64,000 bases of DNA from the NCBI GenBank assembly GCA_017940005.1, contig JAGAZO010000018.1, positions 34,030-98,029 on the forward strand, read 5' to 3'. Position 1 is the first letter of the stretch; the number at the start of each line of letters is the position of its first letter. Below the pieces are notes generated by a model. The model was not told the origin of the DNA and made no database searches. It worked only from the letters and a program-made list of their open reading frames with translations. Source of the DNA: Treponema sp. Its GTDB lineage: Bacteria > Spirochaetota > Spirochaetia > Treponematales > Treponemataceae. The position numbers and the translations under genes are program-made. Positions 48,832 through 59,464 of the stretch are shown one piece after another.

Positions 48832-50096
48832 CGAAATGATTGCACGCCTTCCATGTCGAGCGTGGCAAAATAATCGTCAAGCGTTTCTCGCCTGCGGATT
48901 TCTTTAAATGAGCCGTCGCTTCGTAAAAGCACTTCGCCGCAACGCAATTTGCCGTTGTAGTTGAAGCCCATTGAACGCCCGTGCGCTCCCGCGTCGTGAA
49001 TGAGTAAAATATCGCCTATGTCGATTTTTGGCAATTTTCGCTGCACCGCAAATTTGTCGCAATTTTCGCACAGAGAGCCGACAACATCGTACACGCAATC
49101 TTTTGGTGCGTGCTCTTTTCCGCTCACGGTGATTTCATGGTACGCGCCGTACATGCCGGGGCGCATTAAGTCTGCCATGCATGCGTCCACGCCTATGTAG
49201 TTTCGGTAAATGCGTTTTTCGTGAATCGCTTTTGTGACAAGCCAACCATACGGTCCGGTGATGGGGCGACCGCATTCCCAGTATATGCCGAGCGGCGATA
49301 AATCATTCGGAACGATTTTTTCGTCGTACAATTTTTTTATGCCGCGCGCAACATAATCTAAATCGACAGCAGTTTGGTCTGCCGTATACGGGATTCCTAT
49401 GCCGCCGCCTAAATCAACAAACGCAATTTTTATGCCGAGCTTTTTTTTCAACTCCACGCACAAATCAAACAAGATGCGCGCCGTGTCAATAAAAAAATCG
49501 GGATTGAGCTCGTTCGAGGCGACCATAGTGTGCAAGCCCAATTTTTTTACGCCTTCTTGTTTGCAACGCTCGTATGCTAAAAAAAGCTGCTCGCGCGTAA
49601 GACCGTATTTTGCTTCTTCTGGTTTTCCAATGATTGCATTGCCGCCTGCTTTGAGCGGGCCGGGGTTGTAGCGGAAGCAGAGCGTGTCGGGCAGTTTTCC
49701 TGCAAGCGCGTTTTTCAAAAAATCGATGTGCGTGATGTCGTCTAAATTGATGATGGCGCCACACTCATGCGCGTATCGATACTCGCTTGCAGGCGTTTCA
49801 TTCGACGTAAATATGACGTGCTCGCCTGTGATGCCCGCTGTCTTTGAGAGCACAAGTTCCGCAAGACTTGAGCAATCTGTGCCGCATCCTTCGTCTGCAA
49901 GGATTTTTAATATGTATGGATTGGGAAGCGCTTTTACTGCAAAGTGCTCACGGAAAACGGGAAACATGCTGAACGATTTTGTGAACGCCCTCATATTTTT
50001 TCTGATTGCGTTTTCATCGTACAGGTAAAACGGCGTGGAAAATTGTTTTGTTAAGGAAACAAGCTCGTCATGCGAGAGCGGAAAATAGGTGCTCAT
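48828..50096 (-). CDS. lysA: Diaminopimelate decarboxylase
   Basis: TPFYLYDE, FAVKALPN, DLGGG, VGSLCENCD, GAHG. Confidence 0.95.
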   Translation of the reverse strand: MSTYFPLSHDELVSLTKQFSTPFYLYDENAIRKNMRAFTKSFSMFPVFREHFAVKALPNPYILKILADEGCGTDCSSLAELVLSKTAGITGEHVIFTSNETPASEYRYAHECGAIINLDDITHIDFLKNALAGKLPDTLCFRYNPGPLKAGGNAIIGKPEEAKYGLTREQLFLAYERCKQEGVKKLGLHTMVASNELNPDFFIDTARILFDLCVELKKKLGIKIAFVDLGGGIGIPYTADQTAVDLDYVARGIKKLYDEKIVPNDLSPLGIYWECGRPITGPYGWLVTKAIHEKRIYRNYIGVDACMADLMRPGMYGAYHEITVSGKEHAPKDCVYDVVGSLCENCDKFAVQRKLPKIDIGDILLIHDAGAHGRSMGFNYNGKLRCGEVLLRSDGSFKEIRRRETLDDYFATLDMEGVQSFR

Positions 50097-50189
50097 GCAT
50101 TCAGTATGGCAAAAAACGACGCAACAGGCAACTGTGTAAAGCACACAAACAGCGTGGAAATGTCACGCGTTCGCGCGTTGCGCATGAAG

Positions 50190-50340
50190 CGCAAGGGATG
50201 CGAAAGGCGGCGAAGCCGTTGCGGTGGGAGCGCAGGTTTCTGCGCGACCAGAGCAATGAAGCCGAAAAGGCGCAACCTGCAGCAGCCCGACCTCACGAGC
50301 AAACGCGAATGCGTGCGCTCGTGAGGGTGCGCCCAAATTA
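50190..50340. repeat. GC-rich palindromic intergenic element
   Basis: CCTCACGAGC..GCTCGTGAGG hairpin; AGCCCGACC shared with the reverse of the 4320-4400 element. Confidence 0.45.
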
Positions 50341-50356
50341 TTAATTAATAAAATAA

Positions 50357-51637
50357 CTACACAGTTACACGCTCAATGTGTGCGCCGATTGACTGAAGCC
50401 GTTCCACAAGATGTTCGTATCCGCGCTCGATTTGATACACATTGCTGATTCTGCTTTCGCCATGCGCCGCCATTGCTGCAATCACCATCGCCATGCCTGC
50501 ACGCACATCGGGCGAAACAAGATTGTCGCCGTGCAAAATGCGCGGACCGGTGACGACAGCGCGATGCGGGTCACACAGCGTAATGCATGCGCCCATGTTT
50601 ATTAATTTATCTACAAAGAACATGCGCGACTCAAACATTTTTTCAAAAATCAACACAGTGCCTTCAACTTGCGTTGCGACGACTGTCATGATGCTTGTTA
50701 AATCTGGCGGGAATCCCGGCCACGGCGCGTCATCAATTTTGGGCGTCCCGTTTCCAATGTCGGTGTTCACTTTGAGTTCTTGCACAGAGGGAACAGAGAG
50801 CGTTGTGCCATTTACATTCCACGAAATGCCGAGCTTTGAAAATCCGAGTTTGAGCGGGCGCATGTCAGCAGGATTGATTCCCGTAATGGTGATTGAGCCG
50901 TGCGTCGCTGCGGCAAGTCCGATGAACGAGCCAATCTCCATAAAGTCAGGACCGATTGCAAACTCACATCCGTGCAATTCACTCACGCCTGTAATGCGTA
51001 AAATGTTGCTGCCTATTCCGTCAATTTTTGCGCCCATGCTTACGAGCATATTGCACAGCGACTGCACGTGCGGCTCGCTTGCCGCATTTGAAATAATTGT
51101 GCTGCCCTCTGCAAGTACAGATGCCATAATAGCATTTTCTGTTGCAGTGACTGACGCTTCGTCGAGAAAAATATCTGCGCCACGCAACTTGTTTGCAGTA
51201 AACAAAAATTTCCCGTTTATTTCAACGCGAGCGCCAAGCTCAGTGAGCGCAAGAAAATGCGTGTCGAGCCGTCGTCTGCCTATGACATCGCCGCCTGGTG
51301 GAAGCATCTCTGCTTTGCCGCACCGTGCAATGAGCGCCCCTGCAAATAAAATCGACGCGCGAATTTTTTTTGAAAGCTCTGGCGGAATTGTTGTGCTTGT
51401 TAATGTTTCCGCAGTGATTTTCCAGCTGTTCTTGCCAATATTTTCTGCGCGCGCTCCGAATGACTGCAAAATATTCAGCATGACAGCTGTATCTTCAATG
51501 TCGGGAATATTGTGCAGCGTAACAGGCTCCGCCGTGAGCAACGCCGCAGCAATGCATGGAAGCGCCGCGTTTTTGTTGCCGCTCGCTGCAATAGTTCCTT
51601 TGATGGGAAAGCCGCCGTCGATTATGTACTCATGCAT
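50357..51637 (-). CDS. murA: UDP-N-acetylglucosamine 1-carboxyvinyltransferase (Asp at the Cys115 position)
   Basis: SGNKNAALP, IRASIL, PGGDVIG, ASVTATEN, PGFPPD, DVRAG. Confidence 0.97.
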   Translation of the reverse strand: MHEYIIDGGFPIKGTIAASGNKNAALPCIAAALLTAEPVTLHNIPDIEDTAVMLNILQSFGARAENIGKNSWKITAETLTSTTIPPELSKKIRASILFAGALIARCGKAEMLPPGGDVIGRRRLDTHFLALTELGARVEINGKFLFTANKLRGADIFLDEASVTATENAIMASVLAEGSTIISNAASEPHVQSLCNMLVSMGAKIDGIGSNILRITGVSELHGCEFAIGPDFMEIGSFIGLAAATHGSITITGINPADMRPLKLGFSKLGISWNVNGTTLSVPSVQELKVNTDIGNGTPKIDDAPWPGFPPDLTSIMTVVATQVEGTVLIFEKMFESRMFFVDKLINMGACITLCDPHRAVVTGPRILHGDNLVSPDVRAGMAMVIAAMAAHGESRISNVYQIERGYEHLVERLQSIGAHIERVTV

Positions 51638-51686
51638 AGTTTGCTCCGTTCATGCAATTTGCTACATTATCGGCAACAGCCGCCCG

Positions 51687-52949
51687 TTATTTTACAATCT
51701 GCGCTAAATTTATCAATACATCCGCTGCCTTGCACATCTGCGAAAGCGACGCCCACTCTGAACGCGAGTGAAAATTGTGCGCGCCTGTAAAAATATTCGG
51801 CGTAGGGATTCCCAGCTCTGTGAGGCGCGAGCCGTCCGTACCGCCGCGAATAGGCGTAAACACAGGCGCGACATTTGCCGCTTCATACGCTTTTATCAAA
51901 TCGCCCGCAACAGCAGGCTGTGCATCGAGCTTGTGCTTCATATTCACGTATTGCGTTTTGTGCACTACTTCAACGCCGCCTTTAAAAGATGCTGCAACAG
52001 CGCGTGCAAGCTGCTCTACAAGCGTCTTACGTTTTTCCATTGCGTCGCTTTCAAAATCGCGCAGCAAAAGATAGACGCTCGACTTCTCTATGGTGCCTGC
52101 AATGTCGAGCGGTGCAAAAAATCCTTCAAGCCCGTCAGTTGTCTCCGGCAGTTCACGAGACGGCAGCAGCGTAACAAATGTTGCAGCCATAGCGATTGCG
52201 TTTATCATTCCCGCGTTGCGTGCATTTCCCGTGTGCGCCGCTTTTCCCGTGAACGTCACAGTAGTGCCGACCGCATTGAAGCACTCCGTTTCAAGTTCGC
52301 CTATGTGCCCGCCGTCTACTGTGTACGCGCGTTTCGACTGTATCAACTCAAGCGGCACATTGTCCATGCCGTGCCCCGTCTCTTCGTCAGGCGAAAAGAC
52401 AACTTCTATTTTGCCATGTGCAATCTCTTTGTGCGCCGCAAGGTATGACACCGCTGTCATAATCGCTGCAATGCCTGCTTTGTCATCTGCACCGAGCAAT
52501 GTGTTGCCATCTGTCGTGATGATTGTGTCTCGCTCGCGTGCAGCCTGCGCAAGCGCTGCATCGGTTTCAGGAGCGTGCAAAACGCCGTGCGCTAAATCAA
52601 TATGTTTGCCGTCGTAGTTTTCGTGCACTTGCGGATTCACGTTTTTTCCAGTGACTTCGTCAACAGTGTCTAAATGCGCGAGCACGCAGAATGGAGGAAT
52701 TGATTCGCATCCGGAAGATGCAGGCAGCACTCCATACACGTATGAAAAATCAGTGACCTGTACATGTGCAAGACCAATTGCAGTAAGCTCTGTTGCAAGC
52801 ATGCGCGCAAAATCTTTTTGTTGCAATGTTGATGGGAACACGCCGTTGTCGGCAGCAGTTGAATCGCTTTCTGAATACGTTTTAACATAACGTAAAAATC
52901 TTGTTAATAATTCTTTTTGTTCATGTGAATTTTTAGTGATGTAGTTCAT
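51687..52949 (-). CDS. pepT: Peptidase T
   Basis: LAHLDT, LLGADDKAG, PDEETG, IRGGTDG, GAHNFH. Confidence 0.95.
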   Translation of the reverse strand: MNYITKNSHEQKELLTRFLRYVKTYSESDSTAADNGVFPSTLQQKDFARMLATELTAIGLAHVQVTDFSYVYGVLPASSGCESIPPFCVLAHLDTVDEVTGKNVNPQVHENYDGKHIDLAHGVLHAPETDAALAQAARERDTIITTDGNTLLGADDKAGIAAIMTAVSYLAAHKEIAHGKIEVVFSPDEETGHGMDNVPLELIQSKRAYTVDGGHIGELETECFNAVGTTVTFTGKAAHTGNARNAGMINAIAMAATFVTLLPSRELPETTDGLEGFFAPLDIAGTIEKSSVYLLLRDFESDAMEKRKTLVEQLARAVAASFKGGVEVVHKTQYVNMKHKLDAQPAVAGDLIKAYEAANVAPVFTPIRGGTDGSRLTELGIPTPNIFTGAHNFHSRSEWASLSQMCKAADVLINLAQIVK

Positions 52950-53054
52950 AGTTTTATAATAAGATTTTGCGCTGCTTTTGCATAGTGGCAATATTGTGAA
53001 TATACGGCATTCCTTGAAATTGCACAAGCGAGCAAATTTCAACTTGCGAGCGCA

Positions 53055-53311
53055 GGCAGTTGGTGCGCAGTTGCACGGAGTGCACGCGCACATGGGCGAG
53101 TTTTCCGCGAAAACTCGTAGCTAAAAACGCCGCGCTATTTCAGCGGCGTTTTTAAACTTCCTTAATTTTGAACAGTGAACGATTTTTCAAAATCGAAAGC
53201 TGTTCAAAACTGCGCGGGCGCAATGAAATGAGCCCGCGCAATCAATGCACGAGTTTGCGCAAGAAAACTCGTAGCTAAAAACGGCACGCTATTTTAGTGC
53301 CGTTTTTAAAC
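53055..53311 (+). repeat. BIME/REP-like composite: two direct copies (53097-53157, 53250-53311) separated by two hairpins
   Basis: AAAACTCGTAGCTAAAAACG..GCTATTT..CGTTTTTAAAC in both copies; inner IRs TTTTGAACAG/CTGTTCAAAA and TGCGCGGGC/GCCCGCGCA. Confidence 0.85.
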
Positions 53312-53412
53312 ATTTTGTTTATCACCGTGACGTCTTGATAACCACTATTTCTCAATATGCTGCCGCTCGCTGTGTTGGTAATAAATTTGTTTTATGCTAC
53401 AATAATATAATC

Positions 53413-54717
53413 ATGCGCTTTGCAAGTACAAGAAATAAAACTCATACAGTAGGATTTGCGCATGCCGTTCTCAACTGCATGCCCGATGACGGCGGTCTCT
53501 ATGTGCCGTGCAACACAGAAGACATGCGCCGCTGGATTTTATACACTGATGAAAAAACATCGTTTGTCTCAATCGCGGGTGCGCTCACATCTGCTTTTAT
53601 CAAAGATGAATTCAGCCCGATTGTCTGCGAAGCGATTGCAACAAAAGCATTTCCGTTTTCTCCACAGCTTCGCAAACTAGACGACACTCATTTTATACTC
53701 GAATTGTTCCATGGACCATCTGGCTGCCATCGCGATTTTGGCATTGCGTATCTATGCGCATGTCTCGAAACTATTTTGCACATGCAGAACAGCCGCGCAA
53801 CGATTCTTGCAGTATCACGCCGCAAGTTCGGAGCAGTGCTTGCACATGAGTTGCGCGACAAAAAACACGTAAAAGCTGTCGTCGTGTATCCCAAAGGCGA
53901 AGTGCACGGCATGAACGAACGTGATTACGCGTGGAATGGAGGAAACATATATCCCGTAGAAGTTGATGGGAATGAAAACGACTGCCGCGCATTTGTGCGA
54001 ACGATTTTCGCAGACAAAGAATTTGTTAAGGAGAATAAGCTTACTGTTGCAAACACGGCAAATATCGGACGACTTTTGCCACAGACATTCTTCTATCCAT
54101 TTGCATTCTCTCGTCTTAAAAAAGATGTGCGCGGCGACATATACTACGCGCTTGCACCCGGTAACTATAGCAATGTTGTGGCAGGATTATATAGCTGGTG
54201 TTTTGGGCTTCCGTTGAGCGGCTTTTTTGTTCCTGTAACAGATGAGCTTTCTGTAAATGATACTGATGATTTTGTACTGTTCAATACATCGTATCGACAC
54301 GTGAACGCTGATCCGACAGAACCGTCCAACATGGAACGGCTCAAAGAAGTATTTAGCGTAAACAAACTGATGATGCGCAATTTTATGTATACTGCACAAA
54401 TTGATGACAACGAAACATGCGCTGCAGTAAAAGAACTTTTTGATAAGTATCACATTCTCGCAGATAAACATACAGGCGGCGCATACGCGGCAGCACAAAA
54501 ATTTGAACCACTGCTTTCAGAAGATAACGGTGTTGTTGTGATTACTGCGCAAGACCATCCTGCGCTATCACCCGATTACATATGCAACGTAACAGGAGTT
54601 ACACCTGAAATACCAGAAAATATTGATAACATACTGCAACCCGCAACCATATACAAGCCTGTCATCACATCACCTGATGAACTGCAGGCAGCAATCATTA
54701 ATTTTAATAATTATTAA
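53413..54717 (+). CDS. Threonine synthase-like protein with PLP lysine replaced by Arg
   Basis: MRFASTR..DGGLYVP, LELFHGPSGCHRDF, ANTANIGRL, PGNYSN. Confidence 0.85.
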   Translation: MRFASTRNKTHTVGFAHAVLNCMPDDGGLYVPCNTEDMRRWILYTDEKTSFVSIAGALTSAFIKDEFSPIVCEAIATKAFPFSPQLRKLDDTHFILELFHGPSGCHRDFGIAYLCACLETILHMQNSRATILAVSRRKFGAVLAHELRDKKHVKAVVVYPKGEVHGMNERDYAWNGGNIYPVEVDGNENDCRAFVRTIFADKEFVKENKLTVANTANIGRLLPQTFFYPFAFSRLKKDVRGDIYYALAPGNYSNVVAGLYSWCFGLPLSGFFVPVTDELSVNDTDDFVLFNTSYRHVNADPTEPSNMERLKEVFSVNKLMMRNFMYTAQIDDNETCAAVKELFDKYHILADKHTGGAYAAAQKFEPLLSEDNGVVVITAQDHPALSPDYICNVTGVTPEIPENIDNILQPATIYKPVITSPDELQAAIINFNNY

Positions 54718-54905
54718 TTTAAAACTAATCGCAAACGCTGCAACAGAGTTTTACGGTTGCAGTTCCCTGCACAAATCGGCGAGCGTTCAAGCAGGAAATT
54801 TGTAAAGCATCTTGTATCCGTGTAGCATCGCCGCGTGCCTGTGGTCAATAACAGCGACCGCATACCTAGCCACACGCCTATCACTTGTGTTATAATGATT
54901 GAATT

Positions 54906-56477
54906 ATGATTATACTTGACGGTGAAAATCTCTCGATTGATGATGTATGTGCCATCGCGTACAAAAATGAAACTGTCGCGTTTCCTGAAGACGCACGCTT
55001 TACCGAAACGCTTGAGCGCTCACGTGCATTTCTTGAAGACTACATTGCAAAAGGCTATCCTACATACGGTGTTACAACAGGTTTTGGCGACAGTTGCGCA
55101 AATCAAATCAATTACGCAAAGGCACAGGAGTTGCAAAAATCGATTGTGCATTTTCACGGAATTGGGCTTGGCAAAAAGTTCAGCCGCGAGGAAGCGCGCG
55201 CCGTTGTTGCGTGCCGCCTCAACTCTGATGTAAAAGGTGGTCATTCTGCAATTCGCGTGGAGCTTGCTCACATGCTCCGCACGCTTTTAAACCGCGACAT
55301 CATTCCCGTCATTCCAGAACTTGGTTCTGTCGGTGCATCGGGAGATTTAACGCCGCTTTCATATGTGGCGGCTGTTGTCATGGGCGAGCGCAACGTGTAT
55401 TACAAAGGGCGCATTGTTTCCGCGCTTGAAGCGTTCGAGCAAGAAGGATTAGCGCCATTGCCGCTCGCCGCAAAAGAAGGGCTTGCAATCATGAATGGCA
55501 CCTCTGTAATGACAGCCGTTGCATCTCTTGCGTGGAAAGATGCGCGCCGTCTTGCAAATATTTCTGATTTCATAACGGCGGCAACTGCCGAGATTGTGCG
55601 CGGCAACGAAGTGCCATTCCGCAAAAAAGTTTCCGAGATGAAAAATCACGCGGGGCAAATTGCGAGCGCAGCATATATTTACAACATTGTGAAAGATTCA
55701 CGGCGCGTATATCGTTACGAAGATTTGCTTGAAAAAATCGGCACGATTGGCGAAGCGCAGTTTGAAACGCAGGCAATAAAAATTCAAGACCGCTATTCAA
55801 TTCGTTGTGCGCCGCAAATCAACGGTGTGCTGCGCGACACGCTGTCTGTAACAAAGCAGTGGATTGAAGAAGAAATCAACTCGTCAAACGACAACCCGCT
55901 TGTAAATGTAGAAACGGGCGAACTGTACAACACAGGAAACTTTTACGGCGGGCACATATGCGCCGCGTGTGATTATTTGCGCGTGGCTCTTGCTAATGTG
56001 AGCGATTTAGCAGACAAGCAGGCAGAAATCATTATCGACGGGAAGTTTAATAATCTTACGGAAAACCTCATTCCGTTCACTGCTCCTACAGACGAGCGCG
56101 CAGGCTTGCGCTTCGGTTTTAAGGCGGCGCAAATCACTATGTCTGCGCTTCGTGCAGAGATTCAGCACTACTGCACTGCGATGAGCATTCACTCAAGCCC
56201 GACTGAAGCGCTCAATCAAGACAAAGTATCTATGGGCACAATCTCTTCACGCAAACTCCGCGACCAGATTGAATTGCTGTATTTGCAATTCGCCGTGCAT
56301 GTGCTTGCAATTTGCCAAGCAGTCGATTTGGCGGGCAAAGAGCAGTTTTCCGCTTTTACGCAAAATGTTCACACGAGTGTGCGGAACAGTTCCGCCATGG
56401 TGATTGACGACAGGCAGCTTGACAGCGACGCGGAAAAAGTTGCGGCATGGCTCAAAAGCGCGGAGGTGTTTGCATAG
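54906..56477 (+). CDS. MIO-dependent aromatic amino acid ammonia-lyase (HAL/PAL/TAL family)
   Basis: YGVTTGFG, SVGASGDL (ASG), KEGLAIMNGT, QDRYSIRC, DNP, NQDKVSMG. Confidence 0.95.
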   Translation: MIILDGENLSIDDVCAIAYKNETVAFPEDARFTETLERSRAFLEDYIAKGYPTYGVTTGFGDSCANQINYAKAQELQKSIVHFHGIGLGKKFSREEARAVVACRLNSDVKGGHSAIRVELAHMLRTLLNRDIIPVIPELGSVGASGDLTPLSYVAAVVMGERNVYYKGRIVSALEAFEQEGLAPLPLAAKEGLAIMNGTSVMTAVASLAWKDARRLANISDFITAATAEIVRGNEVPFRKKVSEMKNHAGQIASAAYIYNIVKDSRRVYRYEDLLEKIGTIGEAQFETQAIKIQDRYSIRCAPQINGVLRDTLSVTKQWIEEEINSSNDNPLVNVETGELYNTGNFYGGHICAACDYLRVALANVSDLADKQAEIIIDGKFNNLTENLIPFTAPTDERAGLRFGFKAAQITMSALRAEIQHYCTAMSIHSSPTEALNQDKVSMGTISSRKLRDQIELLYLQFAVHVLAICQAVDLAGKEQFSAFTQNVHTSVRNSSAMVIDDRQLDSDAEKVAAWLKSAEVFA

Positions 56478-56660
56478 CACGGTGGATGTCGGGCAAAAGT
56501 AAAATCTCATGTTGCTTGTTACCGTCTGTATGTTTCTGCATATCTATCGTGCAGACGCGAATATTCACAGCATCAGAAAAATGAATATATCACCAAAGTG
56601 ATTAGCGGTTACCATACGAACGTAAAAAAATGTCACTGAAATGACATACTGTTTTTAACT

Positions 56661-56720
56661 TCGAGTTTTCGCGGAAAACTCGTTCATGTACGGGTGCGCT
56701 TACGCGTACCAACTGCGCAC
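56661..56720 (-). repeat. Copy of the CGAGTTTTCCGCGAAAACTCG family in inverted orientation
   Basis: 21-bp core identical to 53097-53117 plus a shared GTGCGCAGTTG flank. Confidence 0.75.
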
Positions 56721-56816
56721 TAATGCGACATATAGAATAATATAAAAAAATCATATATACTGTGTTAATATACATACTGTAAGATTGTTGTAAGCTGATT
56801 TTTATAGGGGGTAATT

Positions 56817-58709
56817 ATGTTAAATACGAGCTTGCAAAAAAATGCAAAAATACAAGGCATGACTGGCAAAACATTCGCTGTTTTATTATTAAGTTATATT
56901 GTGCCATATCTGTTTTATATGACAGCAACATTTTTGTCAGGAATGCTCACATTCAAACAATTCCTGTCAACATTGAGTATTTTTCATATAGTCGTCATAG
57001 TACTGATAGAAATGATATTAGGCGCTTGCTGTTGGATTTTTAATAGTCATATAACAAAATATGACTATACAGAAGAATCAGCACATCAAATAAATAGAAA
57101 AGTCATTTTATTTGAACGACTCATGGTTATTGTTGGTTTTTCCATCTTAATACTCGCTGCTTTCGCTACCGCAGAATTTCATATGATTACAAACCGTCCG
57201 CATTTTATAGAAGCTGCTGCACCACGAATCCTTTTTGACATATTTTGTATGATTGGTGTTACATGCGTATCTGCGTGCGGCCCGTATATATTTTTTCTCA
57301 ATGACCTTGAAAGAAAACTTACATGGCTCCCCTTCAGCAACAAAGATGTAGGATTTTCGTTCCTTGCTCGTTCTATAATTATCACAGAAATGGGATTGAT
57401 AGGTATTGTCATTCTTACAGTACAATTATTTTTTGTCCCCAACAATCTTGCCATGTCCAAGACTGCGCTCATATTCCAAAGAATTATTCCAACAATGAGT
57501 GTTGTCATTGCATTTTGTGCATTTGGCATATATGTCAACGCTAAAACTATACTAACCAATATAGGCTCTATTACTAAATTTTCAGACTCCATTGCAAATA
57601 AAAACTATGGAATAATGGAGATGCCTGTCGACAGTCGTACAGAAATAGGGATGCTTATATTAAACTTAAACAAATGGTTTGCATCTGGAAAAGGATTGTT
57701 AAAACGAGTAAAAGAAGCTTCAAATTTATCCGTAGAGATGACAGAACAGCTTGTACAGCGCATGAATAACGCATCTTCAAATGTTACCCAAATCACCGAC
57801 GGCATAACATCTGTTCAAAATGAAATGACGAACCAATCTGCTGGCGTTGATGAAACGAATGCATCCATAAACCAGATTATGGGAAGCATTCGTGAGCTCG
57901 GTGAAAGCATTGACTCGCAAGCAGCAAGTGTAAGCGAGTCTTCTGCTGCAATTGACGAAATGGTTGCAAATATCAGAAGCATGACGCAGATACTTGAAAA
58001 AAATATGGTGTCTGTAAAAGAACTTTCAAATGCTTCTGACGAAGGACGCAACAGCGTTCAAAGCGCGGTCGAAACGTCGCAAGGTATCATTGAGCAGTCG
58101 GCATCGCTTATGGAAGCGAGCACAATCATTCAAACAATAGCAAGCCAGACAAACTTGCTCGCCATGAATGCTGCAATCGAATCTGCACACGCAGGTGAAG
58201 CAGGCAAAGGTTTTGCTGTTGTTGCAGACGAAATCAGAAAGCTTGCAGAGCAATCAAGTCAGCAGGGAAAGGCTATTAACGACAACTTGAAAGCGCTTTC
58301 TGCGTCAATCGCAGATGTTGCAGAGGACACAAAAGAGGTGCAGCAGAAGTTCGACGTAATTTACGATTTGTCACAAGTAGTACGCAATCAAGAAAACGTG
58401 ATAATGAATGCGATGAGCGAACAAGCATCAGGAAATCAGCAAGTGCTCGAAGCTATGAAAAATATCAATGACACAACAAGCGCTGTACGCGATCGTTCGC
58501 ACGAAATGGTTTCAGGCGGTGAGCAAATTGTTAAAGAGATGGCTATTTTAAGCGATGTCACTGGCAAGATAAGCGAGCGCATGAATGCCATGACCGACAA
58601 TATTTCACAAATTGACGAAGGAATGCAAGAAGTAAACGAATCGTCAGCGCAAACGATGTCTGACATGTCAAAGCTAGCTTCTATTGTCAATTCGTTTACG
58701 CTTGACTAG
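56817..58709 (+). CDS. Methyl-accepting chemotaxis protein with polytopic membrane sensor
   Basis: [38 protein letters not shown]. Confidence 0.97.
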   Translation: MLNTSLQKNAKIQGMTGKTFAVLLLSYIVPYLFYMTATFLSGMLTFKQFLSTLSIFHIVVIVLIEMILGACCWIFNSHITKYDYTEESAHQINRKVILFERLMVIVGFSILILAAFATAEFHMITNRPHFIEAAAPRILFDIFCMIGVTCVSACGPYIFFLNDLERKLTWLPFSNKDVGFSFLARSIIITEMGLIGIVILTVQLFFVPNNLAMSKTALIFQRIIPTMSVVIAFCAFGIYVNAKTILTNIGSITKFSDSIANKNYGIMEMPVDSRTEIGMLILNLNKWFASGKGLLKRVKEASNLSVEMTEQLVQRMNNASSNVTQITDGITSVQNEMTNQSAGVDETNASINQIMGSIRELGESIDSQAASVSESSAAIDEMVANIRSMTQILEKNMVSVKELSNASDEGRNSVQSAVETSQGIIEQSASLMEASTIIQTIASQTNLLAMNAAIESAHAGEAGKGFAVVADEIRKLAEQSSQQGKAINDNLKALSASIADVAEDTKEVQQKFDVIYDLSQVVRNQENVIMNAMSEQASGNQQVLEAMKNINDTTSAVRDRSHEMVSGGEQIVKEMAILSDVTGKISERMNAMTDNISQIDEGMQEVNESSAQTMSDMSKLASIVNSFTLD

Positions 58710-58745
58710 GCAGAACAAAGACAGCTGTTCTCCTGCACGGCATCG

Positions 58746-59252
58746 TCATTTTAGTGCAAACGCCTCTGCTTCGGTTGTTGCAGTCCAGAACTGACTGCGC
58801 CCAATGCCCGCGCCTATTTCGCCGCGCATTTCAAGCGTGTCTGTTTTATATTTTTTGCCATTTGCCTTGCGAAATGTGATTTTGCATTTATACCGCTTGC
58901 CGTTATTTGGGTCAACGATGTAGCCTTTGTGCCACACGCCTTCTTCTTTCTTTTCTAAATCGTAAATCCATGTAGTACCGATAACAGTCATGTCTTCCAT
59001 GTTGCCAGATTGCGGAAATCCATCATAGGGACCGCGCCCTTTTGCACCGACAGCTTTTTGATCTGCCGCGTACCCAACAAGCGACACCATTTTACCGTAG
59101 AGCTTGCCACCTTCTTCCCATATTCTCCATGCGCCGGTTGGTTTGTTTGTTTCTTCATCGATGCTTACCCAATAACCGAACACGGGATCAGCAGTAAAAC
59201 AAGCACTTGCACACACCAATAGGACAGCGAGCACCATATACACTTTCTTCAT
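58746..59252 (-). CDS. DUF2147-family secreted protein
   Basis: GYWVSID..GKLYGK..W.KG.IVDP.NGKRY. Confidence 0.8.
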   Translation of the reverse strand: MKKVYMVLAVLLVCASACFTADPVFGYWVSIDEETNKPTGAWRIWEEGGKLYGKMVSLVGYAADQKAVGAKGRGPYDGFPQSGNMEDMTVIGTTWIYDLEKKEEGVWHKGYIVDPNNGKRYKCKITFRKANGKKYKTDTLEMRGEIGAGIGRSQFWTATTEAEAFALK

Positions 59253-59464
59253 TATGACCTCCATCAAAAATCCATACAAAAAAACGCGTATGAAATTAGC
59301 ATTTTTACACATGTGATTTTAGAATAGCTTGAGTATATGCGAGTTACAGAGAAAAAACAAGTGCGCGTTTTTGATGTTTGGAAGAGAAAAGTCCGAGAAG
59401 AGAAACCTTTTGAAAGGTGTCGCTTCTCGGAGTATTGTGTAAAATTTGCTATAACCGAAAAATA

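Noticed and set aside
50442-51707. 421-aa plus-strand ORF, and similar long overlapping ORFs such as 19603-20376, 51768-52448 and 35559-36281
   Set aside because: Shadows of murA, the M16 genes, pepT and hisD, with no recognisable motifs
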